Shown: positions 10,862-21,010 of the stretch, piece after piece | How the letters are laid out: the number at the start of each line of letters is the position of its first letter | How positions within the stretch are numbered: the first letter of the stretch is position 1 | Assembly (NCBI GenBank): GCA_034439575.1 | Contig: JAWXAQ010000007.1 | Coordinates: 32,001-96,000 of the forward strand | DNA: 64,000 nucleotides | From: Leptospira sp. | GTDB lineage: Bacteria; Spirochaetota; Leptospiria; Leptospirales; Leptospiraceae | Direction of reading: 5' to 3' | The notes under the pieces: generated by a model | Told to the model about the DNA's origin: nothing | What the model saw: the letters and a program-made list of their open reading frames with translations, nothing else | Database searches by the model: none | Made by a program: the position numbers and the translations under genes

Positions 10862-12097
10862 TGGGCCGTCTGCTATTTTGATCTTTGATGCTAGATAAAC
10901 ACTGAATAACAAACTAAATACGGCAAGCATCCCCACATATTCAAAATTCGTCAAACTTCCGTTTGATTCTTGAGTTAAAATTAAACCAGAAATAAAAGAT
11001 GCTGCACCAGAAGCAATCTGTTGTATTGAGGAATTTATAGACATGAAACTCCCGCGTATTTTTGGTTCAACTGTAGATGTCACCATTGCAAATGCTGGTA
11101 CCATTCGACCAGAAACGATAATCATAAATATAGTCGTTAAAATCAAAACTAAAGGCAGTGATGTTTTGCCAAGGCTTGCGATGATAGAAACTGGGATGAC
11201 GGAAAGTGTGGCTAACACGGCATATACGGGGTATTTTCCATAACGATCTGAAAGTTTTCCGATGATTCGACTTGTAAAAAAAGTAAACAATCCACCAAAA
11301 AAATAAATGTAGGGCAATTGTTCTTTGGTCAGACCTACATTAGAAACTAAATAGGGTGCCAAAAAAGGGATGATGGTAAATCCCCCAAACATTAGAGCAA
11401 TCATAAATGCAAAAGAATAATAATGTGACTTTCTTGTTAGTACAGTTTGTATCGCATCCCATTTTTTATCAGTATCTTCTCTTTGATCCAAATGAATTCT
11501 AATTTCAGGTAACACGCGATAGGCTATTGGTAAAAGCAGGAAACTTAAAATGGCCAAAGCTAAAAAAGGAAAATGCCATCCGTATAAATTTGCAAAATAT
11601 AAACCTACAGGTACTCCGATGACGGATGAAACAGAAAACGCAGACATCACGACACCAGTCGCAACTCCACGTCTAAAAATGGGAATGATGTCGCCAATGA
11701 TAGATAAAACAAGAGCCCCAATCATACCACCAAACCCACCTGCTATGATCCTAGCGATAAGAAAGGTATTATATGAAGGAGCAAAGGCACAAAGTAAGGT
11801 GCCGAGTGCAAAACCAAAATAAACAGTTAACAAGGCATACTTTCGATCAAAACGATCTAAAAAAAAGGCACCAATAAAACCGAAAATTCCAGCGCTAAAC
11901 GTATAGGCTGAAACTAAAAATCCAAACTCAGCTGATCCGATATGAAAGTTTTCCATAAAAACCGGCCCAAGTGGCATCATAATGACAAAATCTAAAATAT
12001 GTAAAAATTGCAAACAGGCGAGAATGAAAATGATGGCTCGTTCTTTTTTTACGGTATGGAGAGGGTGATGGTCATAATGATTTGAGACGTTTTCCAT
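10850..12097 (-). CDS. MFS transporter
   Basis: About 12 TM helices; motif A-like FLDRFDRK and GKLSDRYGK. Confidence 0.93.
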   Translation of the reverse strand: MENVSNHYDHHPLHTVKKERAIIFILACLQFLHILDFVIMMPLGPVFMENFHIGSAEFGFLVSAYTFSAGIFGFIGAFFLDRFDRKYALLTVYFGFALGTLLCAFAPSYNTFLIARIIAGGFGGMIGALVLSIIGDIIPIFRRGVATGVVMSAFSVSSVIGVPVGLYFANLYGWHFPFLALAILSFLLLPIAYRVLPEIRIHLDQREDTDKKWDAIQTVLTRKSHYYSFAFMIALMFGGFTIIPFLAPYLVSNVGLTKEQLPYIYFFGGLFTFFTSRIIGKLSDRYGKYPVYAVLATLSVIPVSIIASLGKTSLPLVLILTTIFMIIVSGRMVPAFAMVTSTVEPKIRGSFMSINSSIQQIASGAASFISGLILTQESNGSLTNFEYVGMLAVFSLLFSVYLASKIKIADGPSSK

Positions 12098-12189
12098 TCT
12101 GCCATTCTTGACTGACTGGTCAAAAAAGAATCAAAAAATCAAATCAATATAGATTTTCGTAATCCAATTCTAATCGTATCATTGTAAAT

Positions 12190-13389
12190 ATGTCCGATTT
12201 TCATTTTTCCAAACGATTCCAAGATATAGAATTAGGAGAGGAAGAAAATGAACTTTCAAAAATCAAAAATGAAAAATTAGAAAAGAATATAACAGTTCTT
12301 AATTTGATCGAAACCAATCCCACATTGACAGGTCTAGAATTTCCAAATCATATTTATTCGCATAACTTTAATCATCCATCAATAACAAAGTATGAACCAA
12401 ATCCCAAAGGACTTATAACAGCGAGATCTTCCATTTCTGAATACTATGCTCATCTCAAAATTAAAATAGATTCTGAATCTCTGATACTCACTTCAAGTAC
12501 TTCCGAAGCTTTTTCTTACGTATTAAAACTATTAACAAATCCCGACGATGAGATTCTGATTCCAAGCCCAGGCTATCCTTTGTTTTCATATCTAGCACTA
12601 TTTGAAAATGTAAGAACCATTGAATATCCATTAGTTGAAACAGTAGAAGGATCATGGGAATACTCATTAGAAAAAATAAAATCTTTGGTTTCCACAAAAA
12701 CAAAACTGATTATCATTGTTTCACCATCAAATCCCACAGGTTCTATGATTTCGCAAGATGAATGGGAAAAAATATTAGAGTGGTCTTACCAATCCAATAT
12801 CCCGCTTCTTATTGATGAAGTTTTTTCACCATACATTTATGATTCTAATGAAATTCATTTAGCTTATCCAACTTCAAATACGGCACCTGTATTTGTGTTA
12901 AATGGTATATCGAAATTTTTGGCCTTACCACAAATGAAACTTGGCTGGATTCATGTGCAAGGGAAGGAAAAGTTTGTAAAGGAGGCTTTATCTGGCTTGG
13001 AATTAATTTCTGATACTTACCTTTCCGTCAATACTCCGATTCAAATCATCTTACCAGAACTATTAAAATGGACTTCTATGATCCAAGGACAAATCAAAAA
13101 ACGAATACAAAGAAATCTTAATTATGGAAAAGAATTGTTTTTACAAAACAAAACCATAGTTTGGCGAAATGGAAAAGGTGGATGGTATGCTTGGATAGAA
13201 TTATTAGAGCCAAAATATGATTCATCTTATTCTCTCGCCAAATCATTATTAAGCAATCATGATATATTTGTTCATCCTGGAGAATGGTATGGATTTTCAG
13301 AGAAAAGAAATATCATACTTTTAAGTTTAATTGTTTCAGAAGATCAATTTTTTGCAGGATTAAATGTGCTAATGTCTCTTCTCAAATAA
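12190..13389 (+). CDS. PLP-dependent aminotransferase class I/II
   Basis: SPSNPTG, IDEVF, NGISK..ALPQMKLGW (PLP Lys), VHPG.WY. Confidence 0.9.
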   Translation: MSDFHFSKRFQDIELGEEENELSKIKNEKLEKNITVLNLIETNPTLTGLEFPNHIYSHNFNHPSITKYEPNPKGLITARSSISEYYAHLKIKIDSESLILTSSTSEAFSYVLKLLTNPDDEILIPSPGYPLFSYLALFENVRTIEYPLVETVEGSWEYSLEKIKSLVSTKTKLIIIVSPSNPTGSMISQDEWEKILEWSYQSNIPLLIDEVFSPYIYDSNEIHLAYPTSNTAPVFVLNGISKFLALPQMKLGWIHVQGKEKFVKEALSGLELISDTYLSVNTPIQIILPELLKWTSMIQGQIKKRIQRNLNYGKELFLQNKTIVWRNGKGGWYAWIELLEPKYDSSYSLAKSLLSNHDIFVHPGEWYGFSEKRNIILLSLIVSEDQFFAGLNVLMSLLK

Positions 13390-14339
13390 TCCAAAATCTC
13401 AGACTTTCTATCTTCTGTGTCTTTTTTGCCCAGTTCATATGTATCTCTGACGCCAACTGGATTTGTATAATCAAAAGAAGAAATGGGCAGTTTCTTTGAC
13501 GGTTTTATCAAAAAAGATCGTTTCAAAAGTTCAGGATCTTTTCCAACAATCGTCGATGGTTCATAATAAATGCCGATGATTTTAGCGTTAGGTGAAAATT
13601 TTTCTATCACTAAATTATTTGTCAATCCACCGTCTAAATAATATTCATTATTCACTGATTGAAAGTCTACTATCGGTGGTATGGATGAAGAATTTAAAAT
13701 AAATTGTTCAATGTTTTCGGAATTCGTAAAATCTTTTTCAGTAAAATCTACTTCTTCCATATTCCATTTTTTTAATATTTCGCTCATTCGGTTCGCAGGT
13801 GTACCTTCTGAACGATCCCTGTCATCTTGGATAAAGGCTCTGCCTGTTTCACTAATGAGTCTCGCCAAACGAAACTTATTCGTAAGAGAATTCTCTTTGG
13901 GATGAGCTCTGACAGTATGAATGATAACCTTAGCACCAGAAGAAAGAATTTTATCAAAACGCATTCCAAATCGAATGCCACGCCTATACATTTCTTCATG
14001 AGGAAACGTTCTTTCGCCTCTTAGCAAGTTAGAAAAATGAAAATTACTAGAATTGCGTTTTGTAATTTCCTCAAAATATTCTACTGTTTCGTCTTCACTT
14101 TCAGACAAGACTGCCATCGCCATTGCCGCTCCTGCAGAAACACCTGAGACTTCATTGAAACGAACTCCCCATTCTCGCAATACCCGACCAACACCTAACG
14201 CATAAAAGGCTTTACAACCACCACCAGCGAGTGCCAAAGAAACTTCAAAGACCGGAATGAATTTATTTAATGTTTGAAAAAATTGGTCTTTAACTTCATT
14301 TAAATTTTTGATGTCTAATCCTCTTCCCAACGGAAGCAT
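13344..14339 (-). CDS. Patatin-like phospholipase
   Basis: LAGGGCKA, GVSAG nucleophile motif, YLDGG. Exact start uncertain. Confidence 0.9.
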   Translation of the reverse strand: MLPLGRGLDIKNLNEVKDQFFQTLNKFIPVFEVSLALAGGGCKAFYALGVGRVLREWGVRFNEVSGVSAGAAMAMAVLSESEDETVEYFEEITKRNSSNFHFSNLLRGERTFPHEEMYRRGIRFGMRFDKILSSGAKVIIHTVRAHPKENSLTNKFRLARLISETGRAFIQDDRDRSEGTPANRMSEILKKWNMEEVDFTEKDFTNSENIEQFILNSSSIPPIVDFQSVNNEYYLDGGLTNNLVIEKFSPNAKIIGIYYEPSTIVGKDPELLKRSFLIKPSKKLPISSFDYTNPVGVRDTYELGKKDTEDRKSEILDYLRRDISTFNPAKN

Positions 14340-14638
14340 AATGTATTATTCTCCCCAAGAAATCTATCAAAGTAAAGACTGCTTCGACAGGCCTTTTCAG
14401 TCGATAAAAAGAAATCATAGCCACCTGCTGGATATTTGATTTTACAACATCCTTTTTTATCTTTTCTATCTGCTGGTTGCCGAACGGACTTATCCTGTCC
14501 TTGCAAATCGGTAACAGTGGGTGGTAACTCAGACTGAGAAAACAAAAATGTGCCCGTACATATGATGATAAAAGTAATAGATAAAGTCAATACGCGGCGA
14601 ACATTTTGCATCATACTATATAGACGGCAAAATTTCAT
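14315..14638 (-). CDS. Small secreted Cys-containing hypothetical protein
   Basis: Hydrophobic signal-like segment followed by KGCCKIKY...C...C. Start could be ATG 14614 or 14611. Confidence 0.6.
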   Translation of the reverse strand: MKFCRLYSMMQNVRRVLTLSITFIIICTGTFLFSQSELPPTVTDLQGQDKSVRQPADRKDKKGCCKIKYPAGGYDFFLSTEKACRSSLYFDRFLGENNTLCFRWEED

Positions 14639-14747
14639 TGGAATGTGTATAATTTTTTGATTTCTGGAACAGTCGCTCTCTAGAATTTTCTTTACTTACT
14701 ATAAAAATCCTATCTGGTTAAAAGCGCATGTCGGCAGGTAAAGCATA

Positions 14748-15704
14748 ATGGAAAACAAACGATTTCTATATCATGGAACAGGACAAGATCTCTTCGTTAT
14801 TTTTTTAAAAAATATTTTTCTGACTATTGTTACACTGGGAATCTATACTTTTTGGGCTAGAACAAATGTTCAAAAATACAACACCTCTCAAATGGAATGG
14901 GGAGGAGAAAGATTTTCCTTTCATGGAACTGGAAAAGAAAGATTTATTGGATTCTTAAAAGCCCTTGTGCTCATCGTTATTGCCTTTATTATTATATTTG
15001 CAATTGGCAAAGTATTGGCATTCCTTCCCAATCCTTATTTAATTCTCGTTATCAATAATATCATTACACTTAGTTTATTACTCGGCATCATACCATTCAT
15101 TGTAGTTGGAAATCGTAGATTTATGACTTCGCGCACTGGGTACAGAAATTTACGATTTGGTTTTGACGGAAAGGTGAAAGAAGTCGCTATTATTTATTTT
15201 AAAGGGATATTCTTAAGTATCATAACACTTGGGATCTATTATCCATGGTTTTTTGCTGAAAAAGAATCTTATTTGGTCAGCCAAAGCAGATACGGAAATG
15301 TAAATATCGGAATGAAACTCGAAGGAAAAGAATTGTTCTTCATTTATCTGAAAGGAATATTTTTATCCATAATCACCTTAGGGATCTATGTTCCTTGGTT
15401 CATGGCAGAAAAACAAAACTACATTTGGAATCATACATCCTTTCAAGGTCATAATTTTACTTCCGATATCACTGGCTTACAAATATTAGGTTATTCAGTA
15501 TTAGCTTATATTCTAATATTTTTTACTTTCGGAATTGGATTTGCTTGGGCTATCGCTTATATGACAAAACTTTTTACAGAGACAATTAGTTTGGAAGCGG
15601 AAATAGACTTCAGTGAAATAATTGCAAAAACAGATATGGGAGCATCAGCAACTTCAGAAGGTTTAGAATCAATTTCCAATGCTCTCGAATCATTTCTTGG
15701 TTAA
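14748..15704 (+). CDS. YjgN/DUF898-family inner membrane protein
   Basis: Repeated L.IIT(L)GIY.PW motif and F.F.GTG.E motif. Confidence 0.92.
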   Translation: MENKRFLYHGTGQDLFVIFLKNIFLTIVTLGIYTFWARTNVQKYNTSQMEWGGERFSFHGTGKERFIGFLKALVLIVIAFIIIFAIGKVLAFLPNPYLILVINNIITLSLLLGIIPFIVVGNRRFMTSRTGYRNLRFGFDGKVKEVAIIYFKGIFLSIITLGIYYPWFFAEKESYLVSQSRYGNVNIGMKLEGKELFFIYLKGIFLSIITLGIYVPWFMAEKQNYIWNHTSFQGHNFTSDITGLQILGYSVLAYILIFFTFGIGFAWAIAYMTKLFTETISLEAEIDFSEIIAKTDMGASATSEGLESISNALESFLG

Positions 15705-15707
15705 TAG

Positions 15708-16895
15708 ATGATTTTTGGCAAAGATTATAATGCTCGTTATTTCAATGGAATATCAGCTATACCGATTTCTGGTTCCGTCCAATTCCATCAAACGAGCATT
15801 ATATTTATTCAAAATTCTATAATAGAAACTTTTTCAATAGATCATTTTCATGACCTAGAAATATTCGATAATGGTGTTAAATTAACTTTTCATACAGATG
15901 AAAACAAAGAAAGCCCAGTCTTAGAGATTATTTGTCAAAAGCATGAAAGCAAAGAAATAGAAAGAAAATGGTTAGAAAACAAAAAAGGAAAAGGTTTATT
16001 TGAATCTTTTAATTTACGAATTCGCCAATTAAATCCTTTGATCTTTATCTCCATCTGTTTAAGTTTTCTATTGCTATTCGGAATAGGCTACTTTTACACC
16101 TTACAGACATTATATGTATTTTTCCCGACTTCAATAGATGAAAAAATGGGTGAGAAATTTAAAGCCCAAATAGAAAAAACTTTTCCAGTATGCAAATCAA
16201 AAGAAGCAGAACAATTTTTTGAAAAGGCCATTGCTAAATTACGTCCCAAAAAATCTCCATTCAAATATAAAGTATCTATTATCAATTTACCAGAGGAGAA
16301 TGCTATATCCATTGCTGGAGGAAATATCTATTTTTTCTCTGAACTTTTAAAAAATAGCAGTAACCAAGAAGAAATTATAGGAGTATTGGCACATGAAATC
16401 GCACATATTGAAAGAAGGCATCACCTACGTAGTGTTATAAAATCGCTAGGTGTGAGCGCAGGCATCGCTCTTTTGGTTGGTCCCGGACTCGGAGATTTTG
16501 AAACAATAGAGACCATTGCTGAACTTGCAAGTACAGTCGCCGTTTTAAAATACTCTCGTGACTTTGAAAATGAAGCGGACACATACTCACATGAGTATCT
16601 GGTTAAAAACAATATTTCCACTAAAGGCATGTTAACTTTTTTAAAACGAGTTCGCAAAAAAGAATTGGAACTCACTCCCAATCAAATGGAAAACAAGATT
16701 CAGAAAGATGATATAAGCAAAACCAATTATCAAATCACTGATTCCATTATAAATTTATTGAGTAGTCATCCTCCAACGGAGGATAGAATCAGAAATATTG
16801 AATCTTTGGAGAAAAATAAAAATAATCAAAAAATGAATCAATTAGTTTCTAAAGAAGAATGGATTCGCATATCAAAGGCTTGCACTTTAAATTGA
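15708..16895 (+). CDS. M48-family zinc metallopeptidase
   Basis: ENAISIAGG, VLAHEIAHIERRH, YSRDFENEAD, SSHPPTEDRI; typical partner of YjgN. Confidence 0.92.
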   Translation: MIFGKDYNARYFNGISAIPISGSVQFHQTSIIFIQNSIIETFSIDHFHDLEIFDNGVKLTFHTDENKESPVLEIICQKHESKEIERKWLENKKGKGLFESFNLRIRQLNPLIFISICLSFLLLFGIGYFYTLQTLYVFFPTSIDEKMGEKFKAQIEKTFPVCKSKEAEQFFEKAIAKLRPKKSPFKYKVSIINLPEENAISIAGGNIYFFSELLKNSSNQEEIIGVLAHEIAHIERRHHLRSVIKSLGVSAGIALLVGPGLGDFETIETIAELASTVAVLKYSRDFENEADTYSHEYLVKNNISTKGMLTFLKRVRKKELELTPNQMENKIQKDDISKTNYQITDSIINLLSSHPPTEDRIRNIESLEKNKNNQKMNQLVSKEEWIRISKACTLN

Positions 16896-17792
16896 TTTTA
16901 TATTTACAATCGATTCAAAAATTTCCTTAAGTGTTTCATCAATAGTAAGTTTTGGAGACCATCCGAGAGCTGACAATTTAGTATTGTCTCCAAAAAGACG
17001 ACTGGTTTCAGCTTTTCTAATTCTTGCTTCATCAATACGATATTCGATATTAACATTCGCAAATTTTAAAAGTTTGTCTGCCATTGCTCGTATGCTTATT
17101 TCTTTGCCTGAACAAATATTATATATTTCTCCAGAAACCCCTTTTTCAATTAACAATAAATAGGCGGATGCGACATCCTTTACATTTAAAAAATCTCTGC
17201 TCGGACTTAAATCACCAACACTTATATACTGTAACTTTTGTTCTATGGCTTCAAGTATTTGATGACAAAAATTGGGAATAACAAATTCTTTTCTCTGCCC
17301 AACTCCTATATGGTTGAAAGGCCTTGCAAGGACGATATTTAGATTTGAATCATATGTCGCGTATTGCCTGCAATAGGATTCAGCAGCAAGTTTACTACCT
17401 GAATATGGATTCATGGGATTTGGATGCAGGTCCTCGCGAAAAGGTACCTGATTTGTATCCTGGCGTCCATATACATCCGCCGAGGAAACATACACCATTC
17501 TTACGGGTTTTTGCAATCGGTGTAGATTTTCGAGTAAATTTAGGGTACCTAATACATTCACACTTTCAGTTTCCCAAGGATCTTCGATTGCTTTGGGAAC
17601 GAAAGCCTGAGCTGCCAAATGATAAACTCGTTCAGGCACAAATTCTTTGATTAAACTACCCAGGACCAATTTGTCTCGAATGTCAGATTTCAGAACCTGA
17701 ATGTCGTAATTCCCCACTTCGTTCAATAGCGAGATGAGATAATTTCCGACGAATCCGGTCCCACCAGTGATTAAAGTTCTTATTTTTGTCAT
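16887..17792 (-). CDS. NAD-dependent nucleotide-sugar reductase/dehydratase (Rmd / GDP-mannose 4,6-dehydratase-like)
   Basis: ITGGTGFVG, HLAAQAFVP, SSADVYG, YSGSK, RPFNHIG.GQ..FV, RDFL.V.DV. Confidence 0.88.
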   Translation of the reverse strand: MTKIRTLITGGTGFVGNYLISLLNEVGNYDIQVLKSDIRDKLVLGSLIKEFVPERVYHLAAQAFVPKAIEDPWETESVNVLGTLNLLENLHRLQKPVRMVYVSSADVYGRQDTNQVPFREDLHPNPMNPYSGSKLAAESYCRQYATYDSNLNIVLARPFNHIGVGQRKEFVIPNFCHQILEAIEQKLQYISVGDLSPSRDFLNVKDVASAYLLLIEKGVSGEIYNICSGKEISIRAMADKLLKFANVNIEYRIDEARIRKAETSRLFGDNTKLSALGWSPKLTIDETLKEIFESIVNIKSI

Positions 17793-17877
17793 AAAACGGG
17801 AATTTTCCTGAATGATTTTAAGATTTTCTTGCCATCATCTCAAATTTTCAAATCCTCTCAACAAAAGAAAGAAATCT

Positions 17878-18903
17878 GTGGAGAACGAACCAATTATAGA
17901 ACCAAGTCCTTTTGTGGAAATTCGCGATTCTGAGATTAACGTCAAAGAAATCGTGCGAGAAATTGAATCTAAAATTCCTCTGCCACCACCAACTCCTGCA
18001 GAATGGGAACGTATCAAGAAGATGCAGTTCCAACCAGAATCTCCAGAAGGTTATCGAAAATTCGATCCAGCAAACACGGCTTTTTTATTTGAAAAGGGTA
18101 TTTCTACTCCAAAATTCACTAACCCAAAATTATGGTTCATTAAAGGACCCATCAAATTTCTTTTTACACGTTTTATAGAATTTTATAGTCTTGTTGATAA
18201 AAAATTATCAGAAAATAGAATCAAAGCATTTTTTTCCGTATTACACGAGTTAATAAGATTAAGTAAACGCATACAGAATCTTGAGTCTAAGTTAGAAAGT
18301 TATTACTCAAAATATTTACTAAGATCTGAAATTAATCAGGACTTTAACCAAATAGATTTTGGTTGGTCAACATTTCAATATTTTGATCAAGCAGGTCAGT
18401 TAAACTTCTGGGAATCGGCCATTGTAGATTTGAAAAAACAAAATGAAATCTGTATTTTATTTCCATCATGGGGTTACCTTTTAAAAGAACTTACTATCGC
18501 AGGCGTAAAATTTCAAGCATATAGCAATATTGATTCAGAAATTTCATTTATAAAATCAAAAATCTCGTCTAACATAGAGAAAATTAAAAGTTTATTTCCA
18601 TTTTCTAATTTTCTAAAAGAAAATTCTAATGTTGTAATATTTATTCCTTTAAATCGGTTTCCATCATTTTTATTAGAAAAAATATTCGCAGAACTCTCTC
18701 TTTCTATGAAATCGGGAAACCATTTGTATTTTTCTATCCAAAATGAAACTGCTTCTGGTGTTTCTCCATTTCAAGATATTGATGTAACAAAAATAAATGT
18801 AAACATTTTACCTTCCTACTTAAAATCGCAAGGTTTCGAATCAGAAAGGAACCTATCAAAAATCAACTCGATTCAAATTTACCGTTATACAAAAAATACA
18901 TAA
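17878..18903 (+). CDS. Hypothetical protein: N-terminal coiled-coil plus degenerate methyltransferase-like C-terminus
   Basis: GTG start preferred; N-terminal EIRDSEINVKEIVREI; stop overlaps the GT4 start. The methyltransferase-like pattern is a by-eye inference. Confidence 0.6.
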   Translation: MENEPIIEPSPFVEIRDSEINVKEIVREIESKIPLPPPTPAEWERIKKMQFQPESPEGYRKFDPANTAFLFEKGISTPKFTNPKLWFIKGPIKFLFTRFIEFYSLVDKKLSENRIKAFFSVLHELIRLSKRIQNLESKLESYYSKYLLRSEINQDFNQIDFGWSTFQYFDQAGQLNFWESAIVDLKKQNEICILFPSWGYLLKELTIAGVKFQAYSNIDSEISFIKSKISSNIEKIKSLFPFSNFLKENSNVVIFIPLNRFPSFLLEKIFAELSLSMKSGNHLYFSIQNETASGVSPFQDIDVTKINVNILPSYLKSQGFESERNLSKINSIQIYRYTKNT

Positions 18904-19964
18904 TGAGAATTTTTCAACACTTAGATGAGCTAAAAGACTCAGATGGTGTAGGCAATGATGCAATCGGGATGCATACAATATTTAATTCTCTCGGTTGGGA
19001 TTCAAATTTCATAACGAGAATTCCACGCAGAGGGAACAACCTAGCGAATGCTAATTTTTATACTCTATCAGATTCTATTAAAATGAATACCAATGATATT
19101 CATATCCTTCATTATGGAGGCCAAGGTTATCCCATTTCAAATTTTATAAACCTAGCTGGAAAAAAAATTTTTAGATTTCATAACATCACTCCAGCAGATT
19201 ATTATAAAAATACCACAACTCCGGAAATATATGCTTCGATGTTCCGCTTTGAATCTCTTTCTTATTTAGAAATTGCTACGCTATCTATTGTCTCGGATGC
19301 GGCTTGGTGTGATTCTCCTTTCAATGCATATACTCTCCAATCATTTAATTTTAAGAAAACTGAAATTTTACCAATTTGTAAAAAATACAATATTTCTTCA
19401 AAAGTTGCAGCTAAAGATAAACAAAATAACATCTGCTTTGTGGGAAGATTTGCACCTCAAAAAAAATGGGAAGACCTCATAACTTTTTTTAAACTATGGA
19501 AGTCAAAACATCCGAATTCAAAATTGTATTGTATCGGATCTATAATAGGTGCCTTCGATGGATACTTTCATCGACTTACAAGCATTACAAAATCATTAGG
19601 TTTGGAAGGTGATGTTATTTTTATGATTGGATTATCTGACGAGCAAGTTTTAGAAAAAATGTCTGAATGCAATGCTATGATTTCGATGAGCGAACACGAA
19701 GGATTTTGTGTTCCTCTGCTGGAAGCCTTCGGCGTCGGATTACCAGTCTTTGCCTATGATGCAGGAGCGATAAAAACTACTTTAGCAGGAGCTGGTTACA
19801 TTTTTTCTGAGAAAAATGATCCATCTTTACTTTCGAATATAGAAAGTATTCTTTTCGACGAGCACAAAAAACAAAAAATGATTCTCAAACAAAAACAAGT
19901 GCTTACTAACTATAATAACATTGTTTGGACAAAAATTATTCCTATGTTGATTAGCGAATTATGA
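18903..19964 (+). CDS. Glycosyltransferase family 4
   Basis: DGVGN, FHNITP, FVGRFAPQK, SEHEGFCVPLLEAF. Confidence 0.92.
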   Translation: MRIFQHLDELKDSDGVGNDAIGMHTIFNSLGWDSNFITRIPRRGNNLANANFYTLSDSIKMNTNDIHILHYGGQGYPISNFINLAGKKIFRFHNITPADYYKNTTTPEIYASMFRFESLSYLEIATLSIVSDAAWCDSPFNAYTLQSFNFKKTEILPICKKYNISSKVAAKDKQNNICFVGRFAPQKKWEDLITFFKLWKSKHPNSKLYCIGSIIGAFDGYFHRLTSITKSLGLEGDVIFMIGLSDEQVLEKMSECNAMISMSEHEGFCVPLLEAFGVGLPVFAYDAGAIKTTLAGAGYIFSEKNDPSLLSNIESILFDEHKKQKMILKQKQVLTNYNNIVWTKIIPMLISEL

Positions 19965-21010
19965 AAACGAATCGTAGAATTTTTCAATTTTCCGCAGGTT
20001 TTCAATTAGGCGATGCAATTTCTCAAGAAATGCTCGAATTAAAAAATAAATTTAATGCCTTTGGATTTGAGAATCATATTTATTCTGAAAACATCAATAA
20101 ACCAGATAGGTCTATCGCGATCAAGTATACAAAAGCAAAAATCAAGCCAGATGATATTTTAATTTATCATCATTCGATTCATACAGAAGTACTTCCCTAT
20201 ATACTGAAATACCAAAATATAAAAATACTAATTTATCATAATGTAACGCCTGCGCATTTTTTTGAACCATACGACTTAAAATTTACTTATCTTCTTTCAG
20301 AAGGAACAAAAGATCTACAAATCATTAAAGAAACATTTAATCATTTTTTTGCCGTATCAAATTTTAACCGACAAGAATTATTACAAAATCAATTTGACCA
20401 GGTCCACTTACTCCCACTCAGTTTAAATTTTTCCAAATGGAAAGCTAATCTTACGCCCCTAACAAAGGCAAATCGCTTACAATTTTTATTTGTCGGCAGG
20501 ATTGCACCAAACAAACGGCAAGATGATTTAATAAGATTTGCAAAACTTTGGAAGGAAAAAACGAATATCCCGTTTAAGTTTAAACTTGTAGGATTTTGTA
20601 ATCCCAACCAACAAACATACCTTGATGAACTTGAATTTATGATCAAGACATACGAATTGACTGAAGAAGTTCAGATTGTTTCGCATGTTGACCTATCTTT
20701 ATTATCACAATACTATCAAGAAAGTCATTATTTTATCTCAATGAGTGAACATGAAGGATTTTGTGTACCTCTAATGGAAGCTATGCAATTTAATCTCCCG
20801 GTCATCGCCTATGATGCTGGAGCCGTATCAGAAACATTAGGTGGAAGCGGTGTATTATTTAAAAATAAAAATTTTTTAGATATCGTAGATATAATTTTAG
20901 AATTAGAATCTTCATTGGACAAAAAGAACTTACTTATCAAAAATCAGTTACAACGAATTGAAACTTATTTAAAATCATCATCGATTCAAAAATTAATTGA
21001 GATACTTTGA
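19961..21010 (+). CDS. Glycosyltransferase family 4
   Basis: GDAIS, YHNVTP, FVGRIAPNKRQ, SEHEGFCVPLMEAM; paralog of the upstream gene. Confidence 0.93.
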   Translation: MKTNRRIFQFSAGFQLGDAISQEMLELKNKFNAFGFENHIYSENINKPDRSIAIKYTKAKIKPDDILIYHHSIHTEVLPYILKYQNIKILIYHNVTPAHFFEPYDLKFTYLLSEGTKDLQIIKETFNHFFAVSNFNRQELLQNQFDQVHLLPLSLNFSKWKANLTPLTKANRLQFLFVGRIAPNKRQDDLIRFAKLWKEKTNIPFKFKLVGFCNPNQQTYLDELEFMIKTYELTEEVQIVSHVDLSLLSQYYQESHYFISMSEHEGFCVPLMEAMQFNLPVIAYDAGAVSETLGGSGVLFKNKNFLDIVDIILELESSLDKKNLLIKNQLQRIETYLKSSSIQKLIEIL

